Assembly: GCA_965243025.1 (NCBI GenBank)
Contig: CBDETY010000003.1
Coordinates: forward strand, 4,256,001-4,320,000
Origin: Candidatus Latescibacterota bacterium
Lineage (GTDB): Bacteria; Latescibacterota; UBA2968; UBA8231
DNA: 64,000 nucleotides
Reading direction: 5' to 3'
Shown one piece after another: positions 47,546 to 57,325 of the stretch. The translations under genes and the position numbers were made by a program. Position 1 is the stretch's first letter. Each line of letters opens with the position of its first letter. The notes below the pieces were generated by a model. It saw nothing but the letters and a program-made list of their open reading frames with translations. It made no database searches and was not told the DNA's origin.

Positions 47546-48694
47546 TCAGCCGGGATCGATCTGCCTGTGGAACTGCCCGACCCCGTCCCTGATGGTCATG
47601 ATGACCACGCTTTTTGCCGGGTGCCGGTTCTGGTCGTAACCAGCAATGCGGGTTGCGCCGGCATAGTTCACTGTCGCCGCGAGCTGATCCCGGACAGCCC
47701 CGGGCTCGAGGCTGCCGGCGCGCTCGATCGCTTCGAGAAGCAACCTTGCCGCATCGTAGCTCACCGCATCCCCGCCGCTGGGCGCGGCGTCATACAGCGA
47801 TCGATACTTGTCGATGAACCGGCGCGCACCCGGCTCATCGGTGTCCGGCGAAAAGTGGGTGGTGAAATAGCTGCCTTCCAGCTCGGCGGTCTCGTCGCCC
47901 AGCAGGTTCGGGTTGTCCCACGAGTCGGCCCCGAGGAAGAGCGCCGGTTCGCCCGCGGCGTTCTGCAGCGGCAGCGACCTCGCCTGCCGGGTCACCAGTG
48001 CGATCTCCAGGGCGAACCCGGAAATGAAGAGCGCCTCGGGCCGCGCCTCCGCGATGCGGTCCAGCGGCCCGGAGAAATCCGTCTCGTCGCTGTCGTAGAA
48101 CTCGTCGGCGACGACCTCGCCGCCCGAGGCGGTGAAGACGGACCGGAAGAACCCCGATATCCCCTCGGTGTAGACCTCGCCGCTTCGGGTCAGCACCGCA
48201 ACCCTGGCCAGGCCCAGCTCTTCCCTGGCGAACTGCGCCATCACCTGCCCCTGGAACATGTCGGTGAAAGCCGCCATGAAGACGAAATCCCCCGCTTTCG
48301 TCACCTCGGGGTTGGTCGCCGACGTGGTCACCATCGGCAGGCCGTGCCGCTGCGCGAGCTCTGCAACGGCAATGGCATGGGAGGAGCGGTTGGGGCCGAC
48401 GAGAGCGACGACTTCGTCCTCGACAATCATCCTCTCGGCAGTCTCGACCGACACTGAGGCTTCCTCAATTTCGCTGCGGGAAACCAGCTCGACCGGCATA
48501 CCGAGAACGCCCCCGCGCTCGTTTGCCTCGGCTACCGCTATCCCCGCGGCGTCCACGTAGGTCACGCGGTCCCCGGCGGCGAGAAAACCGATCCTGACGG
48601 TTTCCGCCAGCCCCGGCGCAGCCGGGTCCTCGCCGCCACAGCCTGCGAGGGTCAGTGCGAGGAGAGGAAACAGTATCAACAGGGATTTGGACAT
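47546..48694 (-). CDS. Branched-chain-amino-acid-type ABC substrate-binding lipoprotein
   Basis: LAGC lipobox; NERGGVLG, SATNP..T, FTDMFQG and GADSWD. Confidence 0.88.
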   Translation of the reverse strand: MSKSLLILFPLLALTLAGCGGEDPAAPGLAETVRIGFLAAGDRVTYVDAAGIAVAEANERGGVLGMPVELVSRSEIEEASVSVETAERMIVEDEVVALVGPNRSSHAIAVAELAQRHGLPMVTTSATNPEVTKAGDFVFMAAFTDMFQGQVMAQFAREELGLARVAVLTRSGEVYTEGISGFFRSVFTASGGEVVADEFYDSDETDFSGPLDRIAEARPEALFISGFALEIALVTRQARSLPLQNAAGEPALFLGADSWDNPNLLGDETAELEGSYFTTHFSPDTDEPGARRFIDKYRSLYDAAPSGGDAVSYDAARLLLEAIERAGSLEPGAVRDQLAATVNYAGATRIAGYDQNRHPAKSVVIMTIRDGVGQFHRQIDPG

Positions 48695-48833
48695 CCTGGT
48701 GGGTCGCGGAACCGACCGCCAGTGGAACCATTTTCCCTTGTCGCCCCTGCTGCAGTTAGGGAAAACTTTGGAAAACCCTTCGTTGAAGGACGAGGGATTT
48801 CCCGGACCGCCCAGGGAAACCAAATCCTCAGGA

Positions 48834-49166
48834 TCATTTTTCACGGGAACACACCTTCAGCCGTCGGTCACCGAAGAACCACCGATTCCCGGCCAGCGAC
48901 GCAATCGCGTCGATCTGAGTCCAGTCTCCGACTAAATAGTCAGGACCTCCAATAAGCTGTTTTTCGCCGAGCCATCCGAACACCATTCGGAGGTCGGTTT
49001 TTTGCAGAGTCCGTTCCAGCCAATCCTCCCGAACGAGCAAGGCTTTATTTACATCTTCTTCAAAGTAGCGAGCCACTGACTCGAATTCCTCGGGGCATTT
49101 TTCTCCAACTTCCGGAAAACGAACCAACTCAATCACTATAGCCGTCCTGAGCTTGACGCTCCCCAA
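48834..49166 (-). CDS. Hypothetical protein or fragment
   Basis: Low-GC ORF downstream of the HEPN gene. Confidence 0.35.
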   Translation of the reverse strand: MGSVKLRTAIVIELVRFPEVGEKCPEEFESVARYFEEDVNKALLVREDWLERTLQKTDLRMVFGWLGEKQLIGGPDYLVGDWTQIDAIASLAGNRWFFGDRRLKVCSREK

Positions 49167-49566
49167 GGTCTGGGGAAAACCGGTCCGTCGCCCATTGGAT
49201 TACAGCTTCAGCAATTTCTATCGCATCTCGATAGTCCTGTTCGGTCACAGGCTGTTCAACGCTTGGATAGCGTATGTCCACAGCATATAGGGTGAGCCTC
49301 GACGCGCGGCGAACTTCATCCGGGACATTCTCTCCATTTTCTTCGAGTATCGACAGCAAAAGGGCCAAGTTGTGCACATAGGGGAAGTCGATATTGCGCG
49401 AGATCATCACGGCTTTGATCGCTTTCTCGGCCGCCTGCTGCGCTCCGAAGCACAGGTCTTCCAAGTAGGCATCAGGAACGCGATTCCTCGCCATCGCGAA
49501 ACTGCTTCTGGCGCGGTTCAGCCATTCGCGTGGATCATCCGGCGGAAAACGTTCAGGCGGATTCAT
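49129..49566 (-). CDS. HEPN domain protein (MNT-HEPN pair)
   Basis: EWLNRARS, CFGAQQAAEKAIKA, HNL and RYP motifs. Confidence 0.88.
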   Translation of the reverse strand: MNPPERFPPDDPREWLNRARSSFAMARNRVPDAYLEDLCFGAQQAAEKAIKAVMISRNIDFPYVHNLALLLSILEENGENVPDEVRRASRLTLYAVDIRYPSVEQPVTEQDYRDAIEIAEAVIQWATDRFSPDLGERQAQDGYSD

Positions 49567-49876
49567 ACACCACTCTTCCTTCTTGCAGTGCCGGCTTTAT
49601 GACCAACGCATGGCTATCCTTGTAGCGTTCTACATCCGTCGGCGAGACCAGAATCGCATCAACCGCGACGCGCACACCGTACATGCTCTCGTAAATCCTG
49701 GCCCTGAGGTTCGCGTCGCCCCCCTCCTTGATGATGAGAAGATCTACGTCGCTGTTATTCGTCATGTCCCCTCGGGCGGCGGATCCGAAAAGGACAATTT
49801 GCTCTGGCTGCGCCACCTCCACGATGCGCCGGATGATTTCATCCAGGGTCTTCTGATCAAGAGCTTCTCTTTTCAC
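49553..49876 (-). CDS. Minimal nucleotidyltransferase (MNT)
   Basis: LFGSAARG...SDVDLLII; GTG start. Confidence 0.88.
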   Translation of the reverse strand: MKREALDQKTLDEIIRRIVEVAQPEQIVLFGSAARGDMTNNSDVDLLIIKEGGDANLRARIYESMYGVRVAVDAILVSPTDVERYKDSHALVIKPALQEGRVVYESA

Positions 49877-50108
49877 TGATTTCTCCCGGCTCGAATGGAG
49901 TTGCCTCTGCCTCGGGGCTTTCCTAAAAGTACTATTGGAGAGTTCGCGACCAACTCGACCCAGGAGGTCAAGCCGAGATCCAGACAAAGGGACCCCCCTT
50001 GTCGGAAATAGCCGGAATCTCACCCCCACGCCGTGCCAGCGGCCAAGCGGTCAGAAGGTTGGGGAATCTCGAGCCTTACGACGTGTGAACGACTTGCAGA
50101 TAAGATAA

Positions 50109-50137
50109 AGCCCCCGAGGGGCATCCCCTCGGGGGCT
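50109..50137 (-). terminator. Hairpin downstream of the tRNA
   Basis: AGCCCCCGAGGGG/CCCCTCGGGGGCT perfect stem, followed by TTATCTTA on the minus strand. Confidence 0.6.
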
Positions 50138-50175
50138 GGTTGGCGGACAGACCGCCTGGCCGGCGGCTGGGATAT

Positions 50176-50251
50176 TGGTGCGCCCACAGGGACTCGAACC
50201 CCGGACCCGCTGATTAAGAGTCAGCCGCTCTACCAACTGAGCTATAGGCGC
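50176..50251 (-). tRNA. tRNA-Lys (CTT)
   Basis: GCGCCTATAGCTCAGTTGGTAGAGC...CTGACTCTTAATCAG...GGTTCGAGTCC...GGGCGCACCA; 76 nt. Confidence 0.97.
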
Positions 50252-50641
50252 TGCCCCCAATGTGAGTCTGGGAGACTTGCGTTCGCACTCGCCTTCCGCA
50301 CGATCAGAACAGTTTGCGGACCGGCAATCGGGAAGCGCCGAAGATAGAACCCGCCCTGTGCACTGTCAACGAATCCAGGTCCCCTTCACGCGCCCCGGAT
50401 CCGCCTCCGGCAACCTCCTTGACAGCCCTCAGCGCGCCGTCTAGTGTCCTGTCGCTGAAACAGATGGGCGTAATCCAGCCGGCCGGTGCCGTTGGGATTT
50501 CTCATCCGGGGGCCTCGGTTCAAGATGGTGCGGGAAGGCGGGAGGCACCGGCTTGGAAGGCCGGGCATATGGAGGCAGGAGACGGGTGGCGGCGGCGGTC
50601 CCTGGGCGGCCGCTTCAAACGCGCTGAAATGAAGGCTCACC

Positions 50642-52066
50642 GTGCTGTTCCGGATTTCGAAACTCGAAAAGGCCCTGCGCGAAAACCCCGGGATTCCACT
50701 TTTCGCCCGGCTCGCCGACGAATACCTGCGGCGAGGGCGGGTCGCCCGGGCGCTTGCTCTCTGCCAGGAGGGTTGCGAGCGCTTTCCCGACTACCCTACC
50801 GGATTCCTCCTGCTCGCCCGCTGCTACGAGGCCCGGGGGAACTTCGAAGAGGTGCGCAACGCACTCGACCGGGCGCTGCGGCTCGACCCGGAGAACCCGG
50901 CCGCTTTCGCCGCCCTGTCCGCTGCCTGGGAACGGCTCGGTGAGATACCCCTGGCCCTGCAATGCATGCGGCAGGCCGCTTTTCTCGAACCGTACAGCGG
51001 GAATCTCAAACGCGAGGCGGAGCGGCTGCGCAGGCGATCCGCTGCGGCGCCGCTGGTCCTCCCCCCCGCGGCGAGGGCGGTTGCGGGCAGTGTGGTGCGG
51101 GACGAGTTGAATGAAGAGGATGGCCATCTGGAGGGGGAAACCTCTGAACGGGAGCCGTCTCCGGCAGCCGCTGGGGTAGCGCCCCCTGACGGCGAAGCGG
51201 CCGGCGGCCTCTCCCCAAATCCGGAAGTTGACCGCCAGACCTCCTCTTGCCCGCCGCCCCGGGAGGCTTCCGGGATCCCGCCGGACCGGGTGCCTGCATC
51301 CACCGACGGGGCCGCGGTTGCCGCGGCGGCCCCGGAATCCCGGCCCGGGCAGGATTCCCCCGCCGGACCGGTTTATCCCGGTGCCGGGTCGGGTGCCGAG
51401 GGAAACGATCGCCGAACTGGAAGCGAGGGCGCGGCTGATGAAGCCGTAGCGCTGCCTGTTCCGGGACGCGGCGGAGGCGAAGTCGCTGCCGAGGGTCGGT
51501 TGTCTCCGGCGGAAGATCCCCCCGGAAAGGCTCCTTCCGGCGACTCCGGCCCCGATGCTTCCTCCTCGGACAAGGCTGAACCCGGCCTCGGCGACTACGG
51601 GCAAACAGGGGTGTTTTATCTGGTGTCGGAGCCGGAGGAGGAAGCCGGCGCCGGGGCCGGGGAAGCGCCGGAGACATCGTCGGGAGCCGGGTTGGAGCCG
51701 GAGGGGGTTCAGGTCTCACTCCCGGGAGAGGAGACCGCTGGCCGGGGAAGCGAAATCGCTCCACCCCACCAAACCGGGCCGGGACGCCCTGTCGCCAGGT
51801 TGTCCAGCCGCGAAGACCACGAGCTGATCGGCCTGCTGTCCGAGATCGGGACGGCGGGAGACCGCGCCGCGGAGTCAACAGTGGCGGATGCCGGCGGAGA
51901 GGAGCGCAGCGCCCCGGTACCGACGGCAACCCTCGCCGAGTTGTACATTCAACAGGGAATCGCCAGCAAGGGGATCGACATTTACCGGGATCTCCTGCGG
52001 CGGCACCCCGGCGACGACGCCATCAGGGGGCGGCTCGCGGTCCTGGAAGGGGGCGGCGAGACCTGA
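50642..52066 (+). CDS. TPR protein with a long low-complexity linker
   Basis: FARLADEY..G TPRs at the N-terminus; TATLAELYIQQG at the C-terminus. Confidence 0.8.
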   Translation: MLFRISKLEKALRENPGIPLFARLADEYLRRGRVARALALCQEGCERFPDYPTGFLLLARCYEARGNFEEVRNALDRALRLDPENPAAFAALSAAWERLGEIPLALQCMRQAAFLEPYSGNLKREAERLRRRSAAAPLVLPPAARAVAGSVVRDELNEEDGHLEGETSEREPSPAAAGVAPPDGEAAGGLSPNPEVDRQTSSCPPPREASGIPPDRVPASTDGAAVAAAAPESRPGQDSPAGPVYPGAGSGAEGNDRRTGSEGAADEAVALPVPGRGGGEVAAEGRLSPAEDPPGKAPSGDSGPDASSSDKAEPGLGDYGQTGVFYLVSEPEEEAGAGAGEAPETSSGAGLEPEGVQVSLPGEETAGRGSEIAPPHQTGPGRPVARLSSREDHELIGLLSEIGTAGDRAAESTVADAGGEERSAPVPTATLAELYIQQGIASKGIDIYRDLLRRHPGDDAIRGRLAVLEGGGET

Positions 52067-52098
52067 GCGGCCGCCCGATCACATCACCAGAGGAAAGA

Positions 52099-52656
52099 AT
52101 GGCTGACACCACCAACTTCCGCAACGGATTCACGATGACCCTGGAGGACGCGATCTACAGCATCGTCGAGTTCCAGCACGTCAAGCCCGGAAAGGGAGGG
52201 GCTTTCGTGCGCACCAAGCTCAAGAACGTGCGCACCGGGGCGGTGATCGACCGTACATTTCGCTCCGGAGACAAGGTAGACGAAATCCGCGTCGAGAAAC
52301 GCGAGATGCAGTTCCTTTACTCCGAAAGCGAGTTTTTTCATTTCATGGACTCGGAGACCTACGAGCAGACGCAGCTGCGGCGCGAAACCGTCGGGGACAC
52401 CGCCCGGTTTCTCGTCGAGAACGAAACCACCTACGTCTCCGTGGCAGAGGGGGTCCCCCTCGCGGTGGAGCTGCCGAACTTCGTCGAGCTCACCGTGGAG
52501 CACACCGAACCGGGCGTCCGGGGGGATACCGCGCAGGGAGCGACCAAACCGGCGACGCTCGAGACCGGGGCGGTCGTCTCCGTTCCCCTGTTCGTCAATC
52601 GGGGGGAGAAACTGAAAATCGACACGCGTACCGGCGAATACGTCGAACGGGTGTGA
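52099..52656 (+). CDS. efp: Elongation factor P
   Basis: HVKPGKGGAF, PGVRGDT and KPATLETG motifs. Confidence 0.97.
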   Translation: MADTTNFRNGFTMTLEDAIYSIVEFQHVKPGKGGAFVRTKLKNVRTGAVIDRTFRSGDKVDEIRVEKREMQFLYSESEFFHFMDSETYEQTQLRRETVGDTARFLVENETTYVSVAEGVPLAVELPNFVELTVEHTEPGVRGDTAQGATKPATLETGAVVSVPLFVNRGEKLKIDTRTGEYVERV

Positions 52657-52666
52657 GGACTGCGCC

Positions 52667-53158
52667 GTGAACGAAAAGAAGCTGCGAAAGCTGATCGAGA
52701 TCTTCAAGGAGAGCGAAGTCGAGGAGCTGGAGTACCACGAGAGCTTCTGGCGCGGCATCCGCGTGCGTCTCGGAAAACGCCGCGAGTCCGGGGAAAGAAT
52801 CGTCGAGACCGTGCACCTGCAGGCGCCCCCCGCTCCGCAACCGGCCCCCCCACCCGTTGCCGAGGCTGCCCCCGCACCCGAGGAGGAGGCGCCGCGGGAA
52901 CCTGAAACCGCCGAAGACCTCCACGTCATCCGCTCCCCCATGGTGGGCACCTTCTACCGCGCCTCGTCGCCGGAGTCCGCCCCGTTCACCGAGACCGGCG
53001 AGCAGGTCGCGGTCGGACAGACCCTCTGCATCATCGAGGCGATGAAGATCATGAACGAGATCGAGGCGGACGCCGCGGGTGAGGTCGTCGAAATCCTCGC
53101 GGCCAACGGCGACCCGGTCGAGTACAACCAGCCGCTGATGACTCTGCGGACCGCCTAG
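52667..53158 (+). CDS. accB: Biotin carboxyl carrier protein
   Basis: SPMVGTFY and EAMKIMN motifs. Confidence 0.95.
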   Translation: MNEKKLRKLIEIFKESEVEELEYHESFWRGIRVRLGKRRESGERIVETVHLQAPPAPQPAPPPVAEAAPAPEEEAPREPETAEDLHVIRSPMVGTFYRASSPESAPFTETGEQVAVGQTLCIIEAMKIMNEIEADAAGEVVEILAANGDPVEYNQPLMTLRTA

Positions 53159-53161
53159 CCC

Positions 53162-54517
53162 GTGTTCGAAAAGATCCTCGTCGCCGACCGCGGGGAAATC
53201 GCGCTGCGGGTCATCCGCACCTGCCGGGAGCTGGGCATCCCCACGGTTGCCGTCTACTCCGAGGCGGACGCGCGCTCGCTCCACGTCCACATGGCGGACG
53301 AGGACGTCTGCATCGGCCCGCCGCCCGGGGAGGCCAGCTACCGCCACTTCGCCAACATACTCAGCGCCGCGGGACTGACCAACGCCGACGCCGTTCACCC
53401 CGGGTACGGACCGCTCGCCGAGAACGCGGATTTCGCCGAGCTGTGCGAATCTTGCGGCATCACCTTCATCGGCCCGCCGGTAGCGGCATTCCACCGCATG
53501 GGAGACAAAGCCACGGCCAGGCGCTGCATGGAGGAAGCCGGAGTCCCGGTGATTCCCGGAAGCCGCGAGGAGGTCGGCTCCCTCGAGCAAGCCCGCCTCC
53601 TGGCCGGGGAGATCGGCTTCCCGCTGCGCCTGAAGGCGGCCGCAGGGGGGGGCGGACGCGGCATGCGGGTCGTCAACGGCGAGGAGGAGCTCGAGGAGGC
53701 TTGGCGGATGGCCCGCCTCGAAGCGCGCGGCGCCTTCACCAGCGACGCGCTCTACATGGAGCGTTCGATCGGCAACGCCCGCCACATCGAAATCCAGGTC
53801 CTCGGAGACCACCACGGTACGGTCGTCCATCTCGGGGAACGGGAGTGCTCCATTCAGCGGCGCCACCAGAAACTGCTCGAGGAGAGTCCCTCACCCGCCG
53901 TCGACGAAAAGCTGCGGAAGCGGCTGGGCGATGCGGCGGTGAGAGGCGCCGCCAGCGTCGGCTACGCAAGCGCCGGAACGGTCGAGTTCCTGGTCGACGG
54001 CGACGGGGAGTTCTACTTCCTGGAGATGAACAAGCGCATCCAGGTGGAGCACCCGGTGACCGAGATGGTGTCGGGAGTCGACCTCATCGGCGAGATGATC
54101 CGCGTGGCCGGCGGCGAGAGGTTGGGGTACGGGCAGGACGACCTCGCCCTCACCGGGCATGCAATCGAATGCCGCATCAACGCCGAGGACCCGGACCGGA
54201 ACTTCATGCCCTCTGCGGGCACCATCACCGCCCTGCACCTGCCGGGCGGACCGGGGCTGCGCATCGACAGCCACATCTACCAGGGGTACGAGGTGCCGCC
54301 CTACTACGATTCCCTGCTCGCCAAGGTCGTCACCTGGGGCCGCGACCGCGCCCAGGCGATCGCCCGCATGCGGCGGGTGCTGGCCGAGGTAACCATTGAA
54401 GGGGTGGCGACGACGTTGCCGTTCCACCGCGGTCTCCTCGACAGTCCGGAGTTCGTCGAGGGGCGGTTCGACACCGAGTTCGTCACCCGCAGCCGCGACG
54501 GGGAGGCCGGAGGCTGA
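53162..54517 (+). CDS. accC: Biotin carboxylase
   Basis: RGEIALR, HPGYG, GGGGRGM, ERECSIQRRHQK and QVEHPVTE motifs. Confidence 0.96.
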   Translation: MFEKILVADRGEIALRVIRTCRELGIPTVAVYSEADARSLHVHMADEDVCIGPPPGEASYRHFANILSAAGLTNADAVHPGYGPLAENADFAELCESCGITFIGPPVAAFHRMGDKATARRCMEEAGVPVIPGSREEVGSLEQARLLAGEIGFPLRLKAAAGGGGRGMRVVNGEEELEEAWRMARLEARGAFTSDALYMERSIGNARHIEIQVLGDHHGTVVHLGERECSIQRRHQKLLEESPSPAVDEKLRKRLGDAAVRGAASVGYASAGTVEFLVDGDGEFYFLEMNKRIQVEHPVTEMVSGVDLIGEMIRVAGGERLGYGQDDLALTGHAIECRINAEDPDRNFMPSAGTITALHLPGGPGLRIDSHIYQGYEVPPYYDSLLAKVVTWGRDRAQAIARMRRVLAEVTIEGVATTLPFHRGLLDSPEFVEGRFDTEFVTRSRDGEAGG

Positions 54518-54540
54518 ACCGGGACAACCAGAGGATCTCC

Positions 54541-54933
54541 ATGTCTGATACGAGAGTGCCGGAAGAGCTCAGCTATACCGAGGATCACGAGTGGGTGTCG
54601 ATGGACAGCGACGTCGGCACGGTCGGGATCACGGACTACGCCCAGTCCGAGCTTGGCGACATCGTGTTCGTCGAGCTTCCCGAGGTCGGACAGGCCCTGA
54701 GCAAAGGGGAGCGCTTCGGGACCGTCGAAGCGGTCAAGACCGTCGAGGAGATATACGCCCCCCTGAGCGGCGAGGTCGTGGAAGTCAACGAATCGCTCGA
54801 GGCAGACGCGGAGCAGGTCAACAAGGAACCCTACGGGGCCGGCTGGATGATCCGCATCCGCTGCTCCGACCAGGAGGAGCTGTCCGAGCTCCTGAGCTCC
54901 GGTGACTACGCCGACCTGATTTCCGGAGCCTGA
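54541..54933 (+). CDS. gcvH: Glycine cleavage system H protein
   Basis: HEW, GITDYAQ..LGD, EAVK and PYGAGW motifs. Confidence 0.96.
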   Translation: MSDTRVPEELSYTEDHEWVSMDSDVGTVGITDYAQSELGDIVFVELPEVGQALSKGERFGTVEAVKTVEEIYAPLSGEVVEVNESLEADAEQVNKEPYGAGWMIRIRCSDQEELSELLSSGDYADLISGA

Positions 54934-55236
54934 CCTCCCCGGAAGACTCTTTCACCGGTTTCCTGGTGCCGGCCCGGCCCCGCCTTCGGGCCTCAGGCTT
55001 CACAACCGGCTCCTTCCTTCAAAATTGCCTCCGTCCAGTATCATTATTTAGCTTTCAGCGATACTTTGTATCGTTTTTGCACCCCTGGAAGCGGCTCTGG
55101 AAGGGGGTTTGCGCAGAAGAATTCAACCGCTGAAGGGGGTTGAGCGGGCTCGAGTTGTTCACGTCTCCGCGGTCCATCCCCCAACGCCGACGCAAGGCGA
55201 TCGTCGCCTTCGGGGAAGTCCGCGATCTACTCAGCC

Positions 55237-55743
55237 GTGTTGCTCGAGAATACCGTCCTGGTTCTCAACCAGAACTACGAACCGCTCAACGTCTGCAGTG
55301 TCAGGCGCGCGCTCGTGCTGCTTTTCAGGGGGAAGGCCGAAAACGTCGAGATCTCCGAATCCGTCGTGCGCTCGGTGTCCCGGGAATTCCCGGTCCCGAG
55401 CGTGGTCAGGCTGGAGCGCTACGTGCGCGCTCCCAGGCGGCGCGTCGTGCTGTCGAAGCGGAACGTGATGCGGCGCGACAACCACCAGTGCCAGTATTGC
55501 GGCAAAAGCGATCGCAAGATGACGATCGACCACATCATCCCCAAGAGGCACGGCGGCGCCGAGTCGTGGGAAAACCTGGTGACCGCCTGTGCCGGCTGCA
55601 ACGCCAGGAAAGGGGACCGGCGTCCCGAGCAGGCCGGTCTCGCCCTCAAACGGCGGCCCAAGCGCCCCAACAACGTCAGCTTCATCCGCGACTTCGTCGG
55701 GGTGGCGGACAATCGCTGGAAACCCTACCTGTTCATCGACTAG
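55237..55743 (+). CDS. HNH endonuclease (McrA-like)
   Basis: VLVLNQNYEP, RD..CQYCG, TIDHIIP and WENLVTAC..CN..K motifs. Confidence 0.92.
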   Translation: MLLENTVLVLNQNYEPLNVCSVRRALVLLFRGKAENVEISESVVRSVSREFPVPSVVRLERYVRAPRRRVVLSKRNVMRRDNHQCQYCGKSDRKMTIDHIIPKRHGGAESWENLVTACAGCNARKGDRRPEQAGLALKRRPKRPNNVSFIRDFVGVADNRWKPYLFID

Positions 55744-55769
55744 CAGCGTAGGCCCCGACCGTCAGCAGA

Positions 55770-56615
55770 TTGGAAACGACCTTCGAACAGAGGCAGCGGG
55801 GAACCGCATTGGGCGGCCAGTACGGAGTCAAACTCGATGTGTTCGAGGGCCCGCTCGACCTGCTGCTGTTTCTGATCCGCAAGAACGAAGTCGACATCTA
55901 CGACATTCCCATCGCCGCCATTACCAACGAGTACCTCGGCATTCTCGGGGAGGTCCACCTCCTCGACCTCGAACCGGCCTGCGAATTCATGCTGATGGCG
56001 GCGACCCTGATGAAGATCAAGTCGCAGTTGCTGCTTCCTCGGGAAGTACAGGAGGACGGGCAGGAGGAGGAAGATCCCCGGGAAGATCTCGTGCGCCGGC
56101 TCCTCGAGTACCAGCAGTTCAAGGAGGTCGCCGACTGGCTGGGGGACCAGGCCCTCGCGCGGCGCGACATCTTCAGGAACCGCCCGTCCGCCTGCCGCGA
56201 CAGCGAAGGTGCCGCGCTTCACCCGGTTTCGCTGTTCGACCTCTTCAAGGCGTACAAGGAGGTTGTGGAGCGCGTTTCGCCAGACCTCGTACACCGCATC
56301 GTCGAAGAGCAGGTCTCGGTCGAGGAGACGATCGACAGGCTTGTGCAGGAACTGGACCGCAGCGGGCGGCTGCGCTTTTTCGATCTGACCGCGGGCCAGT
56401 CCCGCCAGGTTCTCGTGGCGACTTTCATCGGCGTCCTCGAGCTGCTCAAGACCCAGCGCATCCGCGTGCAGCAGGCACGCCCATTCGACGAAATCTGGAT
56501 CGAACCCCTCGGAGGCGGGAAGGCCGTGATCCCCGCCGTGGAAACGGCATCTCCAGCTTCTCCCCCCGGGATCCCCGGCAACGGATCTTCCCCGCAAGGA
56601 CCTGAGGTCACGTGA
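55770..56615 (+). CDS. scpA: Segregation and condensation protein A
   Basis: FEGPLDLLLFLI and EEDPREDLVRRLLEY motifs. Confidence 0.94.
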   Translation: METTFEQRQRGTALGGQYGVKLDVFEGPLDLLLFLIRKNEVDIYDIPIAAITNEYLGILGEVHLLDLEPACEFMLMAATLMKIKSQLLLPREVQEDGQEEEDPREDLVRRLLEYQQFKEVADWLGDQALARRDIFRNRPSACRDSEGAALHPVSLFDLFKAYKEVVERVSPDLVHRIVEEQVSVEETIDRLVQELDRSGRLRFFDLTAGQSRQVLVATFIGVLELLKTQRIRVQQARPFDEIWIEPLGGGKAVIPAVETASPASPPGIPGNGSSPQGPEVT

Positions 56616-57307
56616 GTCCTCAGATCGCCCCCGGTCAGGCGCGGGCCGTTATCGAAGCCATTCTTCTCACCTCGTCGGAACCGGTGTCCCCCGGCAGGCT
56701 TCTGGGCGGACTGGGGCTCACCGGCAGGGACGTGCGCGAGGCTGTCGAAGGCCTCAACAGGCAGTACGAGGAGGGAGGCCACGCCATTCGCGTGGCCGAG
56801 GCAGCCGGGGGGTTTCAACTCGTAACCGCAGAAGCGTTCGCCCCCTGGGTTCGCCGCTTTCAGGACCGCGGCCCGGTGCGGCTCACACAGGCCGGCCTCG
56901 AGACCCTGGCCCTGGTGGCCTTCAAGCAGCCGGTCACGCGGGCGGAGATCGACAGCGTTCGCGGCGTCGACTCCGCCGGTGTGCTGCGCACCCTGCTCGA
57001 GGTCGACATGGTGCGCATCGTCGGCCGTTCCGAAGGCATCGGACGGCCGATGCTGTTCGGAACAACCAGGGAATTCCTGGTGCACTTCGGTCTCAAGGGA
57101 CTCTCCGATCTGCCGAAGCCCAAAGAGCTCGAAGAGCTGCTGGCCGAGGGCGCGCGCAGGCAGGCGGCCGCCGGGGGCGATGGCGGGGCGCCCGGTAGCG
57201 GCGGCGAGGAGAGCGGAGGACCGGCCTTCGGAGGCAAGACCGAACAGGTTGCCGAAACAGACGGACAGGCCCCCGGAGAATCCGGAGAGGGCGAAGAAGC
57301 CCGGTAA
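56612..57307 (+). CDS. scpB: Segregation and condensation protein B
   Basis: LETLALVAFKQPVTR, RGVDS and GRPMLFGTT motifs. Confidence 0.94.
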   Translation: MSPQIAPGQARAVIEAILLTSSEPVSPGRLLGGLGLTGRDVREAVEGLNRQYEEGGHAIRVAEAAGGFQLVTAEAFAPWVRRFQDRGPVRLTQAGLETLALVAFKQPVTRAEIDSVRGVDSAGVLRTLLEVDMVRIVGRSEGIGRPMLFGTTREFLVHFGLKGLSDLPKPKELEELLAEGARRQAAAGGDGGAPGSGGEESGGPAFGGKTEQVAETDGQAPGESGEGEEAR

Positions 57308-57325
57308 CCGCCCTCGGCGTACCAC

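Noticed and set aside
53162-54517. AccC motif variants (ADRGE, EMNKR)
   Set aside because: Other catalytic motifs and the operon context are intact; not enough to claim altered function.
55237-55743. HNH next to scpAB as a Wadjet-like defence system
   Set aside because: Ordinary McrA-like HNH. scpA-scpB-rluB-cmk-rpsA is standard housekeeping synteny with no SMC/JetC or JetD here.
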